Assembly: GCA_044892525.1 (NCBI GenBank)
Contig: CM097885.1
Span: 36,458,001-36,522,000, forward strand
Direction: 5' to 3'
Length of the DNA: 64,000 bases
Source: Schmidtea polychroa
Taxonomy: Eukaryota
The translations under genes were made by a program, and so were the position numbers. A model generated the notes under the pieces. The model was given only the letters and a program-made list of their open reading frames with translations. It was not told where the DNA came from and ran no database searches. Below, in pieces: positions 12,910-25,929 of this stretch. Numbering within the stretch: the first letter of the stretch is position 1; each line of letters starts with the position of its first letter.

Positions 12910-14548
12910 TTATCCAACATTTTCTCCAACATCTTCATCATTTTCTTCTCCAACAATTTCTCCAACATTTAATTGACTTAATCTTACATGCCCATATGCA
13001 AGACTAGTATTTTTCCCCACCCAAACCCTTTTGTCATCTTTGTTAGTTAGTGCTATTTTAGTATTTTTAATTGTAAAAATTTGATGATTTTTGCTTGTTA
13101 TTTTAGTCTGAGGAACCGGAAAAATCTGGTTAGTGTTATAACAATCCAGATATGACTGATGTTTTATGTCACTACCTTTCAATGTTACACCTTTAGCCTT
13201 TTTTGTTTCCTCATCACCCAACAAGCTATAACATTTAGGTCTAAGAAAAACCCATTCCTTATATTCCTTATATATTCCTTATATCTAATAAATTATCTCG
13301 AATCATTGCAGGTAAAAGAACCTCAAGTTTACAGTTAATTACTTCGAGGAAAAAAGAGTCTGTATCACTTGCAACGATATTAATTTTACAACTAAACTTA
13401 TTGCGAAATGATTCTAAATCCTTATATTGTAATTCATACATTCTAAGTTTAGATTTACCGGCAGTAGTACAAAGACGAAGATTCATTATTCTCTTTAAAT
13501 TTTCTATTGTTTTGCCGTATAAACTGTTATTTAACAATTTATAATAATTTTTATCTAAATTATTTATGCTTTTTGACCTTAGTTCTGTATTGGTATCTAT
13601 ATATTTTTTAAAAATTGGAGATTTCTTAAATCTTACACCCCTATTTACCCGTGTTACTTTAACACCAAGTTTCAAATATAATTTTAATAGTCTCCAATGA
13701 ATCACATAATTAGATTTTGGAAGATGAGTTAATAATTATTTTTCAACCTTAGACCCAGCAGGTTTCATTTTTTCAGCAGCTACAGGGAAATCATTCAACT
13801 TATCATGAAGTTCAGAAGGAATTACAAGATCAATTTAAAGAGTGTATCCATAAGACAAAGATTCAAGATTTAAATTCCTACATTAATCCATTATTAAATC
13901 AAATCCATCAAGAACCCAACTAAATTCACCACAAGGTAATGGTTGACTTAAAGTCCAACCGTAAAGATTATTAATATCTATATAAAGTAACTCGGTGTTT
14001 TCATCGGTTTTTACATAATTTTTATTTACAAAAGTAAGACCACCTCTTATTCCACCCTCATAAAAGCTAAACATTTCGTTTTCAGTTATCAGTTCAATCG
14101 GTTCATCTAAAGACATTAATGCAGAAGACCAAGACATACCAGGAATTCCGAAATAATTCAATGGTTCTAATCTATTATGAGCAATAGATTTCAAACGAAA
14201 TTGTTGAAAGAAATCAGCCAAAAGAAAACAATCGAGTTTTAAGTATATCATCATGTAGTCTAATAAAGTTACGCAATCAGTTTCAACCCAAATCTCCTGA
14301 GCTTTTTCATACTCGAGTTCAGTGACACCTTCCCAGATTGGTGGTAATTCATAAGTAGTTTGGAGAATATCTAAAGATGTAGCGAAATTATAAGGAAAGA
14401 TTCCTTTTTCAGAAACTATAGTGCCAGTAAAAACAGAATTAGTTAAAGGTAAAGTATTCAAAGTTTTGACTGCTTTAGCTAAAGAATCATTAACAAATTG
14501 ATAAGAATCAATGAATCTTAAGCTAATTTTTCCTAAATGCGCAATCAA
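12910..14548 (-). pseudogene. Protein-primed family B DNA polymerase (Polinton pPolB), 5'-truncated and frameshifted
   Basis: RFIDSYQF, KGIFPY, GIRGG, YIDINNLYG, KLLNNSLYGKT, SDTDSF, KAKGV, DDKR motifs in order. Confidence 0.92.
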
Positions 14549-15631
14549 AGAAATAAACTTAAATAAAAAATTATATTAAATTTCCTTTAAATTATAAAAA
14601 GTAATCAATACTTACATTGTAAATTTTCATTTCGATTTATTGACACATTGACATAATTTTTCTCTTTATTCGTATTAATTACCTAAATTATTAATTAATT
14701 AAATCAATAAATTAAAAATTATGTTTACTTTTTCTTTTCAAATTTCCTTTAATCTTCGATTTTAAATTGTCTTCATTATTATTATCTAAATTAATTAATA
14801 AATTAATTAATCAATAAATTAAAATTTACCAAATTTCTGAATTTTTTCTCGGACATTCATAACGTTTTCTATTAAAGAATTCATTTTTAAAGGTTAACTA
14901 TTTGTTAAATGTGACTAATGATTGATTATTGTTTATAGATTATTATTGTTCATAGGAACAAATTCTAACCAATCAAAATCAAGGAAGGGTAGGAAAAAAT
15001 TAATATATTACGTTGCGGTATTTTAAAATTAAAATTTATTTTAAAAACACATTTTGACGCTAAAGTCGACTTATGTAACAAAGACATAATAAACTTATTA
15101 TTTACTACAAATATTTCACCTATCAAATACCTAACTAGTGGTGGGTTACTGATGATCAAATATTTTGCTCTTTAGTGCTGTTACCAGCGTAACCCAAGAT
15201 ACAACATTGTTTACCGCTTGATACCCGTTGAGTAATCAACGTTGGTACTGTATCAAGAGGGTGAGTATTGTATCAAAAAGTGAGCGCACTACTTGCACTG
15301 TAATTGTCGAGCACTCTAATGGGTTCACGGACTATCGTTAGAAGATATATGTCCGATTTCGCAGGTCCCTTATTATAATTACTTTCTCAACTATGCCTAT
15401 ACAAACTTTCTATCCTCAAACAATCATAAGTCATCAGGAATCAGGAATCATACATTAATCTATTAAAACCTGTTCATAGGTACAAAAATTTATTAAAGAA
15501 AATAACATAACATAACTAGTATGTTAGTAACAATAAAACAGGCAAGCTGTTATATGGAATTGAATCTTCTAGAGTGCTCTTTTAGGGATGCTGGCACTAT
15601 CATCCGTTCTCTGAATCTTTACTTGGGTGTG

Positions 15632-15940
15632 TTATTGGTAGAATCCTCTGTGGTTCTCATATGTCTTTCTGGAGCCCTTTATCACTCTCTCGATCATTTT
15701 TGTCTTCACTGGCTCATACTCTTCATATTTAATTCCGAGTTTTCTGAATATGTCGCCGTTTCTTTTGTCCCATGTTCCTAGGGAGCATACTACGAATGTT
15801 TCGACTGTTGTGTAAATATTTGTTGCTTCACTTATGTCTTGTGCGAGTTTTCTATATTTATTCTGGTTTTTTTGCTCTTGATGCCTCTATTGTTATTATG
15901 TCATCGAATGGGCATTTTATGTCTATGATCATAATATCTA
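15632..15940 (-). mobile_element. 3' fragment of an RLE-type (NeSL/R2/R4-like) non-LTR retrotransposon
   Basis: Manual translation IMIIDIKCPFD...K..KY..L...VETFVVCSLGTW...GSRKTYENH, one frameshift. Confidence 0.7.
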
Positions 15941-16637
15941 AAATGTTTGAATATAAATTAAGTGAAAACTAAACCATAGTTTATTAAACATACCTTAAGA
16001 AATTTTTGAGAATAATGATTTTAATTAGAAAATAATCAAAAAAAACAACTTAATAAACTGAAATAATAGAAATAATAAAGATAACATGCATTCCCCATGA
16101 TAACTTGATCAAAAGAAAATTTCAATTTAATTAAGTTAACTTAAAACCTATTTTAACATAATCCCAATATCACTTGTAAATTATGGGTAATATTAATATA
16201 CGAAGTTTAAATTCATTAAAATCATAAAAGTTCTTATGAAGTGTAAACAATTCTAATTTACTTAAATTTTTTTATTTATAATATTCCTCAGATGACCAAA
16301 TGAACTTCCTAATATACTTGAATTCATTATGTTAAAATACTAGAAAAAGTTGGTAACTAATAATTTAAATAAAGTAATGGAATTTTGATTTCATTATTAC
16401 TTTTTGTTTTGTTAAAGTTATTTAACGTTATTTAAATTTTCGTTGTTTTATTATAGTAATTATAATTAATGTTAAATAATAAATTTCGAATAATATATAA
16501 TTTTAGTTAATTTTGATATAATAATGTAAATAAATTAAAATATTAAATATTTATATCATAAACTTTTTAATAATATTTCAGGAATATTAGTAGTCAGCCG
16601 AATTTTCGAAACAATTACTATTGATCAATAATGTATT

Positions 16638-17022
16638 ATGACATCTCGAATGAGCAAAGATCGTTTGACAACACTAATGAGAAAATTTAGAGATTTCCTT
16701 AGCAATCGAGTTTATAATAATTCAATGAGGTATGCAGGTTTGGTTGCCCCACGGTCAGCTCCTGGCGGAGTTCACCATAAGTTATCTGACGGAGACTATT
16801 TAAAAAGAGATGCAAGAAATACAGTTGGCCATCCAACCTTAATACATCAAAGTAATATGCAAGTCATTGAACCATAAAACTGAAACAGAAAGGAAGGAAT
16901 TACCCAAAAGTTTTCCAACTCCAGGAAATGTATTTCATTGGGATGGTCCATCAACTGTGCTCGAAGGACTTTGGTATGAATATGATTTAAATAAATATGA
17001 TGTAAATAAATTTGGTGATTGA
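16638..17022 (+). pseudogene. NDUFA7: Complex I subunit NDUFA7 (B14.5a)-like copy, apparently decayed
   Basis: RKFRDFL..R....MRY....APRSAPGGVHHKLS..YLKRDAR..V.HP; the C-terminal FPTPG..FHWD lies in another frame after ~16875; the usual PPxLP segment is missing. Confidence 0.8.
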
Positions 17023-17559
17023 AGTTAATAAATTTAGTTTACAATTGAGTTTTGTCTTTTGATTTGGTTTGAACATAATTTTGTCAGAAATTTAGTGATT
17101 GAAATTAATAAATTTAGTTTACAATTGGGTTTTGTCTTTTGATTTGATTTGAACATAATTTTGTCCATAATTTTAATAAATTATTCTATCTTTATTACTT
17201 TAAAGGGGTTGTGGCCATTATTCAACATGGGGTCTTGAGGGGGAAGGTTATGGTATTTGTATAAGGTTATTTTCTAAATCTATATATACATACACACATC
17301 CACATATATATACATATACATATACACCCACACACATATACATATATGCAATGCATATTATGCATATAATTTAAATTAATAATATTGGTGTCGTTTTCCG
17401 GGGGGGGGGGGGGCTGTTACTAAAAATAGATTTTAGTGGTTTTCGGTAATTTTATTGGAAGATAAGGCCATTGAAGCTAAATTTAGAGATAGGGGAATCC
17501 CAAAATCAATAATTTATTTTATAATTTTATTTTCATGAAATAAAGATAATTATTTTAAT

Positions 17560-17634
17560 AATATAATAATAATAATGATAATAGTAATAATAATAATAAT
17601 AATAATAAGAGTGATAATGTTACTGGTAACAATG

Positions 17635-17685
<51 letters not shown>

Positions 17686-17722
17686 TTAATAACGATAATA
17701 TTAATAATGTTAATAATAATAA
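17560..17722. repeat. Degenerate (AAT)n microsatellite
   Basis: Direct reading. Confidence 0.9.
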
Positions 17723-17749
17723 ATGTAAGTTTATATTTTTACAAGATTA

Positions 17750-18800
17750 CCACATATGGGGGGGGGGGATCATTTACGAAAAATTATGGAATTATTTTTT
17801 TTTTGGTTTGAAATATAATTTAACTCTATACGAAGATGATATAATTCAGTATACCTAAGGAATAGTTAATGGCTACATGATTTGAAGGGGGTCGGTTAAA
17901 TAAAAAATACAAGTTATATTTTTAAAGGTAATATAAGTTGACTATATCTGCAAACAAATTAAATTAGTACTTTTGGGTAATCATTAATGACTATATGATC
18001 TGAGGGGGGTCATTTATAAAAATTTACAATTTACCTTTTTAAATATAATATATATATTATGATAAGCTAATGTAGTATATTTAGGTAGTGGTTAATGACT
18101 ATATGATTTTGAGGGGGGTCATTCATAAAAATTTACAATTTATATTTTTAAATATAATATAAGTTAAATGTATATTTAGGTAGTAGTTGATGACGATATG
18201 GTTTATTTTGGGGTCTTCGATGACAAATTTTTCAACTATGATTTTAAAGGTAATCTAAGTTAAGTATATATATATATAAAATAGTCTAAGTTAATGCTTT
18301 AAGGGAGTGGTTAATGGTTATATGATTTAAGAGAAAGTTATTTATGGAAAAATTATAAATTAAATTTTTATAAATTTGGTATCTGTACATATATATGTTA
18401 ATTTATATTGTTTTCGACTATTCGGTAACTTAGGGGGTAGTTAGGGAAAGTTTAATAATTTATAATTTTATGGATTTATTTTCAATTTATAAGTAAGTTA
18501 AATCAGCACTCTTGACATAAATTTGAGCTACCATACTACTTTAGGGAGGCATCTGTGAAAAAAGGTAAATCATACTTTTATAAGTTCTAATATGCTTATA
18601 TATGCTTTATATTATTAACATTAGCCCCTTTTGATTATGATATAACTTGGGGGGGGGGTATTAATGAAAGATTACAAATTATACTTTATAAGTTCAAAAT
18701 GTGCAATTATAGTTTGAAATATTTCTTTGAACATGTGTCTTGGCTATTATACAACCTGAGTGGGTATTTAGGGAAAACTTTATAAATTATAGTTTTATAA
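17750..18800. repeat. Degenerate ~110-120-bp tandem array with a GGGGGTCATTT core
   Basis: Cores at ~17760, 17887, 18003, 18113, 18209, 18432, 18650; inverted counterpart at 53790-54660. Confidence 0.7.
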
Positions 18801-21800
18801 GTTTATTATACATGTATGTATTTTAGATTAATATTTTTAACATTGATTTTGACTATTATACAATTTGAGAAAAAAAAATAAAAATTTTCTTAGAAAATTA
18901 AAATACATACTTAAGAGAATCTAGTATATATATAATTTATATTAATAATTCTAAGGTTTTTCTTATTGCTTCACCTCTTAGGGGTGGGAGAGTTATACTT
19001 GAAAGTCTATATTTTCCTTGGTTTTGATTTATACTTTATGTTGAGATAATATTTATGCTTGCAAGTTATCCATGTAGCCTTGTTTTGGTTATGATGGAGA
19101 ACATTTTTAACGTAGATCTATTGTGTGGATCCTTATATCATATCTAGAGAAATTTATGCCTGTAAAATATCATTTCAACAACTTTTGAGTCGAATGAAAA
19201 GCACTTTTAGTGGAATATTGTTTTTGTTATGAATCTATATATTGTAATTACATAACATTTGTGTCGACAATTTACTTTTTATAGCTATTCAACTTAGTGT
19301 AGAATAATGTGAAGATGTTGCCCGAACTTATAAGTTATAGATATAATATTAGTAGTTTATAGATAAAGAAACTTTGTCAATATGTCTACGGGAATTTGCG
19401 CATACCAAGACCATTACGATAGAGAAATTTAGTTTGCATCGAAATAGGTTATTTTGTGGGCATCTATAGATATTAGTTCGCTTACCAGTGCGATTGAGAT
19501 TATATCATCTTAGATCCTACTCATCGCATGAACTTTAGGTTGCAGTATTCTTACAGGGAATAGTTCTGAATTTTTAAGTCTTTAATTGCCTTAAAATTTT
19601 GCGCAGGGATCTCCCTGTTATTTTGAGTTAATTAGTTTCTTAGGTTCACATTGAATTTATAGTTTAAGAGGGATTCGTTTAGAAATAACCAGCTACACTA
19701 GCATGCTGTATTGTGTGAAATTTGAGTCAGTGGATATTCCCCGTTTATCAGTTCCTAATGATGTGTGCAAAATAGTATAATTTAAGTGTTATTTTTTATT
19801 GATAACCGACGATCTCATTCAAATCTACAACTCTATAATTAAATAGAAACAATGAAAACAAGGTTTCAATAATAATAATTTATAATTCACAATGAAATCG
19901 TCCTTACTTACAATCTCAGAAAAATCAAAATCAAAAATTTGGCATAAGAGCATTAGCATTTGCATTTTTTTTCCTTAGAATAAGCATAGCAAAGTGACGA
20001 AATGTGTTAGTTTATATAGCCTCTGTTTGACGTGTAAGTATACATGCGTGCATTGATGCAGTAAAACAAATTCAGATTATTTTAATTCTCGAACATTCGA
20101 TTTTTAATTTTTATCGATTTTGATGGCGATTTTTCAGTAAGAATTTTTGTTTTTATTTTTGAAATTTTATTTTAGAATTATTTTTTATTAAATTTGCCTC
20201 CATGATGGATTTCAGCATTTCCAGAACATTCCATGCTAAATTTAATCTATTTCTTACTTATTTTTAAATTGTTTTTTATGATCTCTTTTCTAAAATATTT
20301 ATTTTTAAACTAAAATATTTATTTTTTATTAATTTTATTGGGTCGTTTGGCGGTCATGATGGATTTCGCCATTTTTATGAATTGTTCTGGATTTTTATTC
20401 AAAATATCGATATAATTTTCTTTACGTAAGATTTTATGAAGATTTTCTTTAATTTTCTTTTTTAATTTTCTTTATTCGAATTTGTTTTTTGTTGTTTTAT
20501 GTCTTTCGGTTATATTTGAGTAAATTATCGTGTAATACTTCTTGCTCGTGTTTTATTTTATTTTTAATTCAGATGTTTTATTTTTGGGTATATTATCTCT
20601 CCATTATCATTGTTTTTTTTTTTATTTAAGTAAACTTAATGCTGGGTATGCGTGTTGTGCACTGACACATTTCGTCCCATTCCCAACTTTGTGTTCAGAA
20701 ATCAGTTCTAGCCCAACACTAGAGATGATATATATTGATTGTTCATAAAAGCAAACTAAATCACAAATTTCTGTATATCCTACAATAATTATCAAGTAAA
20801 TTTAAAGTCCTTGAAAAAGTTAACTGGTTTCTTAGCTTATGTTTTTTTTAAAAAGTTCATCAATGTGTAAATATTCTTAGAAAATTATTGAAAAAAAATT
20901 ATTTAGTCAAATGCATTACAAAGTCATCTAAAATTAAACCAATTACTTAATTATTAACCTAACAGTCATTAAAAAAAATTAATTTTTATTTAAAATTTAA
21001 CAAATTATCAAGAAATTCAATTAAAATCATCATTAAAACTTTAAATTTTTAATAAATCAACATGAAATTCTTAGAAAATATATGAAAAAAATATTATTAC
21101 AAAGTTATATCCTATCACGTGATTATTAACCTAACTGTCATTAAAAATAATTTTTATTTAAAATTAAAAAACCAATCAATGAAAATGCATCCAATTATCA
21201 AGAAATTATTTATATTTATCTTAGAACTAACTTAAAATTTTTAAATATTCATTCAATCCACATGAAATTTACGAAAATGATCACTATCACAAAAACCATC
21301 AACTCTAAAAAAAATTACTAATGAATACCTTAAACACCAAAATATATCTAAATAATCTTTCAAATTAATTCATTAAAATTGAAGACAACACGCTCTATTT
21401 TTTTCATTATTATTATTAATCTATAAAAAAAAATAACTTAAAAAAAATTTTACTTAAAAATTATTCCATTAAAATTTCCATTGAAAATTATCTTTAAAAA
21501 TTAATCTATAAAATATTTCATTAAAAAAATTACTTAAAAAAAAATATTTCATAAAAATTTTCATTAAAAAATTTCAATTCTCAAACACCTTCTATTATTC
21601 CAACTTTTTGTTAATAAATTTAAAAATCTTACTTTAATTTACTTTTATTTACTTATTTAAAAATTATTACTTTAATTTACTTATTTAACTTTAATTTACT
21701 TATTTAAAAATTATTACTTTAATTTACTTATTTAACTTTAATTTAAAAATTTTGACCATTGATTACTTAATTTTAAAATTTGGACCTTAATTAACTTTAA

Positions 21801-24259
21801 TTAAAAATTTACCATGATTTTTTAGTGTAAACCCTTTTTTTATTGAAAATCATAGGACCAAGGTGACCCCCCTCATTAAAGTCTAAATAATTCCATGCTT
21901 TTTAGTGTAGACCACTTTTTTATTGTAATTCTCAGGACCAAGGAGACCCCTTCACTATAGTCTAAAAAAAAATTTGGACTAAAAATCCCTGAAAGCAAAC
22001 AAAAATGAGTTGGGAACAATTGCGTAATCAAAAAATGTCTACGAAAAAAATTATGCAATCAAAAGTTGCAACATTTTTTACCCACCCCCCTATTGCGGCG
22101 GGGAGCCTCTAACTACCTACTCAAAAGTGCGTCCAGTATTTGACTTTAGGAGCATCAATAAATATATTGATGTATATAGTGGGAATGCAGATATCTGTTC
22201 TGAAAAATTACGATCATGGAGATGTTTAAGTAAAGAATTTGCAATGTTAGATTTATCTGATGCATAAATACATGTGGAAAAAAGCATGTGGCGATATCAT
22301 TCTTGTATGGTTAATGGGAAGAGATATGCGCTTACGAGAATGGGATTTGGATTGAATATCTCGCCAACAATAATGACAGAGATTGTGAATAAAGTATTGA
22401 ACAACAATGAATCAATCAAGAATAGCACAAGTTCATACATAGACGATATATTCGTAGATGAATCTAAAGTTAAAGCAAGTAAAGTAAGTGCAGAAATGCG
22501 TAAATGTAAAATGTAAAGAAGAAGAAAAGGTCAAGGATACTCTCAGTGTAAGAGTATTAAGTATTGATGTATTTCGAAAGAATAATGAACTACATTGGAA
22601 AAGATCGAACGATATTCAGATAAATGAATTAAATGAAGGGCTTTGAAGAAGAGAGCTGTATTCGTTATGTGACCAGTTAGTTGGAATCTATTCTGTGTCT
22701 GGGTGGCTATCCAGTGGAAATTGGGATAATTCAGTAGAAAATCATATCGTTGACAAAGTAAAATGGTTATTAGAAAAAGTGAATGAAAGAGATCCATCGT
22801 CAGGTATTTGGAGTGTTCCCAGCAAATAGACAGGCATAATTTGGTGCGATGCAAGCTCGGTCGCCATTGGAATTGTTGGTTGCCAAAACCTGATGATTCA
22901 AGACACATTAATTTGGTGGAATTAAAAGCGATTGTGAAGGGTATTAATTTATGTATTAAATAGAATCTAGAGTACATCAAAATTAAATCCGATTAAATCA
23001 GTTGTGTGTTGGGTTAACAGCATATTATCAAACGACAGACAAATACATATAAAAGCAAATTCAGAGTTGTTAATACGACGAAGGCTGGAGCTTTTAAAAG
23101 ATCTAGCGATTGAGTATGAACTTAAAATGGACATTGAGTTTGTATCTACAGAAAATAACAAGGCTGATGTATTAACGACAGTACCAGCCAACTGGATGAT
23201 TATTTAAAAAGAAGTCGCAGCTCTAGGCAATCAAAAAAGCTCGAAAGATGTGTTATTAGAGATTCACAAGAACTGCCATGTAGGGAAAAATCGTGTGCGA
23301 TTCTTAGCATTGGAAACGGGGCTACTAAATGTGGATAATGAGATCTCAAAAATAATAGCAAGTTGTAATCAATGCCTATTAATTGACCCAGCGACAGTAA
23401 CGTGGGAAAAAGGTGAACTAAGATGTGATGAAAATTGGTGCCGTTTAGTAATTAATGTAGCTAAATTTCTAAAGATAAATATTTGACAATTATTGATTGT
23501 GGACCATCGAGATATGCAATCTGGAAGAAAATTAAGAATGAAAATGTAGAAGAGAAATGAAGTGCTATATGAAAGTGGAGCTCCAAGTGAAATATTATTA
23601 GATAATTACTTATCTTTTAGATCTAGAAAATTTCAAGAATTAGCAGATAAATGGAATGTTGAGTTGGTATTTAGAACAGAAACGGGATCATTGAACGCAG
23701 CCATCGGACAATCAAATCGCTAGCAGCTAGGTCCGCAGGAGCAATCGCAGAACCTGTGTACTGGTTCAACAATACGCCAAACAACAATAATATTTGTCCA
23801 TCTAGAGCCATATTTAGATATAATCCAAAGCTGAATCTGCCAAGCTACAATAAAAAAGAGATAATAATCGAAGCAAAATATTCTGCTGGTGACCCAGTAT
23901 GGATAAAACCGAATTTGAATCAAAAATGCATAGAAAGATGGAAAGATGGACATATCATTAAACCATTATCATTACCATATTTATTTTTTATTAATTTTAT
24001 TGGGTCGTTTGGCGGTCATGATGGATTTCGCCATTTTTATGAATTTCGCGTTTTCTTTTAATAGTAAGAACCATAATTCGTTGATGTATAAATAATAGAA
24101 AACTACCAAGATTTCGACACATGGGTCCTATATTCCTAAGTGGATGTATATAATTGGTATATTTAGTAATGCTTATAAATTTATAAATTCGGTAATATAC
24201 TACCGTAATATAATATCGATAACGAGTTCTAAGAACTCCATCGCTCAGAGGTAATTCAT

Positions 24260-25226
24260 CGACGAACCCAGTGGCCTATACCACCGAGTCGGTACGACCT
24301 CCGACGACCCCGCAATGTATAACAAAGAGGTGCTTGCCAGGCAGTGGCCTGCATACGTCAAGGCTACGTGCTCAGTGACGTTGTAGTTGTTTATGAAAAT
24401 TGGATGCAAGACGGATCAAAACCGAAGACAAGTGCGTTCGATGTTGATCCCTCTTGTATACTAATTAAAAAGAAATGCATTTAAAACATTATAATTACAT
24501 CAATAATAATAAACATAGTACAAATAATCGTTCTTACTTTTCGTCAGGATCTCGAAAGTTTTCACGCAAAAGAAAAATTTGGCATAAAGTCACACTTGCA
24601 TTTTTTTGACTAAAATGCGTTGGTATATATATATAAAACAAACCCGAATTCTTTATATTCTAGAATTTTCTATTTTCTATTTTTGATATTTTTAATGGCA
24701 ATTTTAGTGCCATAATTTTTATTTTTAAATTTTTATTTTCTAATTATTTTTTGCTAAATTTACCTCCATGATGAATTTGGAACGATTCCAGAACATTCCA
24801 TATTAATTTTAAATTAATTTTTATTTTAATGATGTTTTCTTAATTTCTTTTTTCCAAATTTTTATTTTTATAAAATATTTATTTATTTTGATGACTTTTA
24901 TTGCTCTATGTGGCTTTATGATGGTTGTCGCCATTCTTATGAAATGTTCTGGGATTTTTCTAGAATTTTTAATGTCTTACCATCTTTCTAGGCTATTTGA
25001 GTCTGTTTTTTGTAATTTTCTTTGCTATTTTTGAGTTAGTTTCTTGCACTACTTCTTGTATTTGTATCATTTTATTTAATTTCGGTGTTTATATTTTTTG
25101 TTGTTTTAATTAATATTGTTTATTTGATGTATTTTTATATTTAACTGAAGTTATTGCTATTTGCGTGCTATGTACCAGCGCACATTAGTCACAAATTAGT
25201 GTTTTTGGGTTTAGAAATCAGTTCTA
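24260..25226 (-). repeat. Partial inverted copy of the TGTTGGG arm
   Basis: Ends ttagaaatcagttcta; gtgcttgccaggcagtggcctgca matches the reverse complement of 52513-52537. Confidence 0.8.
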
Positions 25227-25406
25227 ATTCCTTCTGTAAATAATACAGATTGACAAAGTTAAATTTTTGCGAAATATTTTAATTAAAATATCGTTAAGCA
25301 TATAATCTGAAATATTATAAAAACGGTAACCCGACAAAAGCGCGCTGGACAAATTAAAAAACTTATATTGCCTTGAATATTTTTATCTTGTCGGATAAAC
25401 TCAAAC

Positions 25407-25410
<4 letters not shown>

Positions 25411-25501
<91 letters not shown>
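25411..25501. repeat. (AAT)~30 microsatellite
   Basis: Perfect taa/aat run. Confidence 0.97.
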
Positions 25502-25669
25502 TTACGACATGTTGAGTGTGAGCATTACCTTTGTGAGCAGTACCATGCAAAAGAAAATTATTTCTTTTGTCCTGCGCGCTTTTGTTACGGAGACTATAAA
25601 GTTGCAAAAAGTTGCAAATACGAGCGTTGGTGACAAAGAAAAATGAACAAAGTGCTAAATGAAGCAACA

Positions 25670-25735
25670 ACAGGTAAAACCATGTTGTATCCTGGGTTAA
25701 GCTGGTAACAGCACTAAAAGCAAAATACTTAACCG
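25670..25735 (+). repeat. Short fragment of the CA-end arm
   Basis: atgttgtatcctgggttaagctggtaacagcactaaa matches 56571-56610. Confidence 0.65.
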
Positions 25736-25929
25736 ACCATTTTATTAAAAAATATTTCATTGATTTCCATGTTTTTAGTTTTTTTGCATCACATTTTGCC
25801 TCTAAATATACATCTTGTGTACTTCCTTTTAAATACCGAGGTATTCCCACTCGTACGACTATGTCTGGCTAGTGGCGTATCGAATTCCTTTATAAACAGG
25901 TTTTCCAGTTCATTAATATTCCCATCATC

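Larger units (their letters stand above)
15139..20718 (-). mobile_element. 5.58-kb TG...CA-bounded giant LTR-like unit carrying NDUFA7 cargo
   Basis: Ends tggtgggtta / tagcccaaca; exact 4-bp TSD CTAG (15135-38, 20719-22); arms homologous to 51499-56640 in inverted orientation. Confidence 0.88.
12086..22121 (-). mobile_element. Non-autonomous Polinton/Maverick, 10.0 kb including a 5.6-kb secondary insertion
   Basis: Termini AGTAGGTAG...CTACCTACT; TIRs ~12086-12660 and ~21400-22121; 6-bp TSD CAAAAG (12080-85, 22122-27); pPolB remnant. Confidence 0.92.
11526..23975 (+). mobile_element. Decayed Gypsy-like pol (protease-RT-RNaseH-integrase) split by the Polinton insertion
   Basis: Protease-like MLDGS/DILGVN, GIIQ*NKAK|VRPVFDF rejoined across the insertion, RMGFGLN, SYIDDI, WCDASS, HKNCHVG..CNQC, IIDCGPSRYAIW; many stops and frameshifts; no LTRs found. 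Confidence 0.8.

Noticed and set aside
17575..17811. Poly-Ile ORF
   Set aside because: Translation of an AAT microsatellite
25373..25850. Poly-Asn and poly-Tyr ORFs
   Set aside because: Microsatellite artefacts
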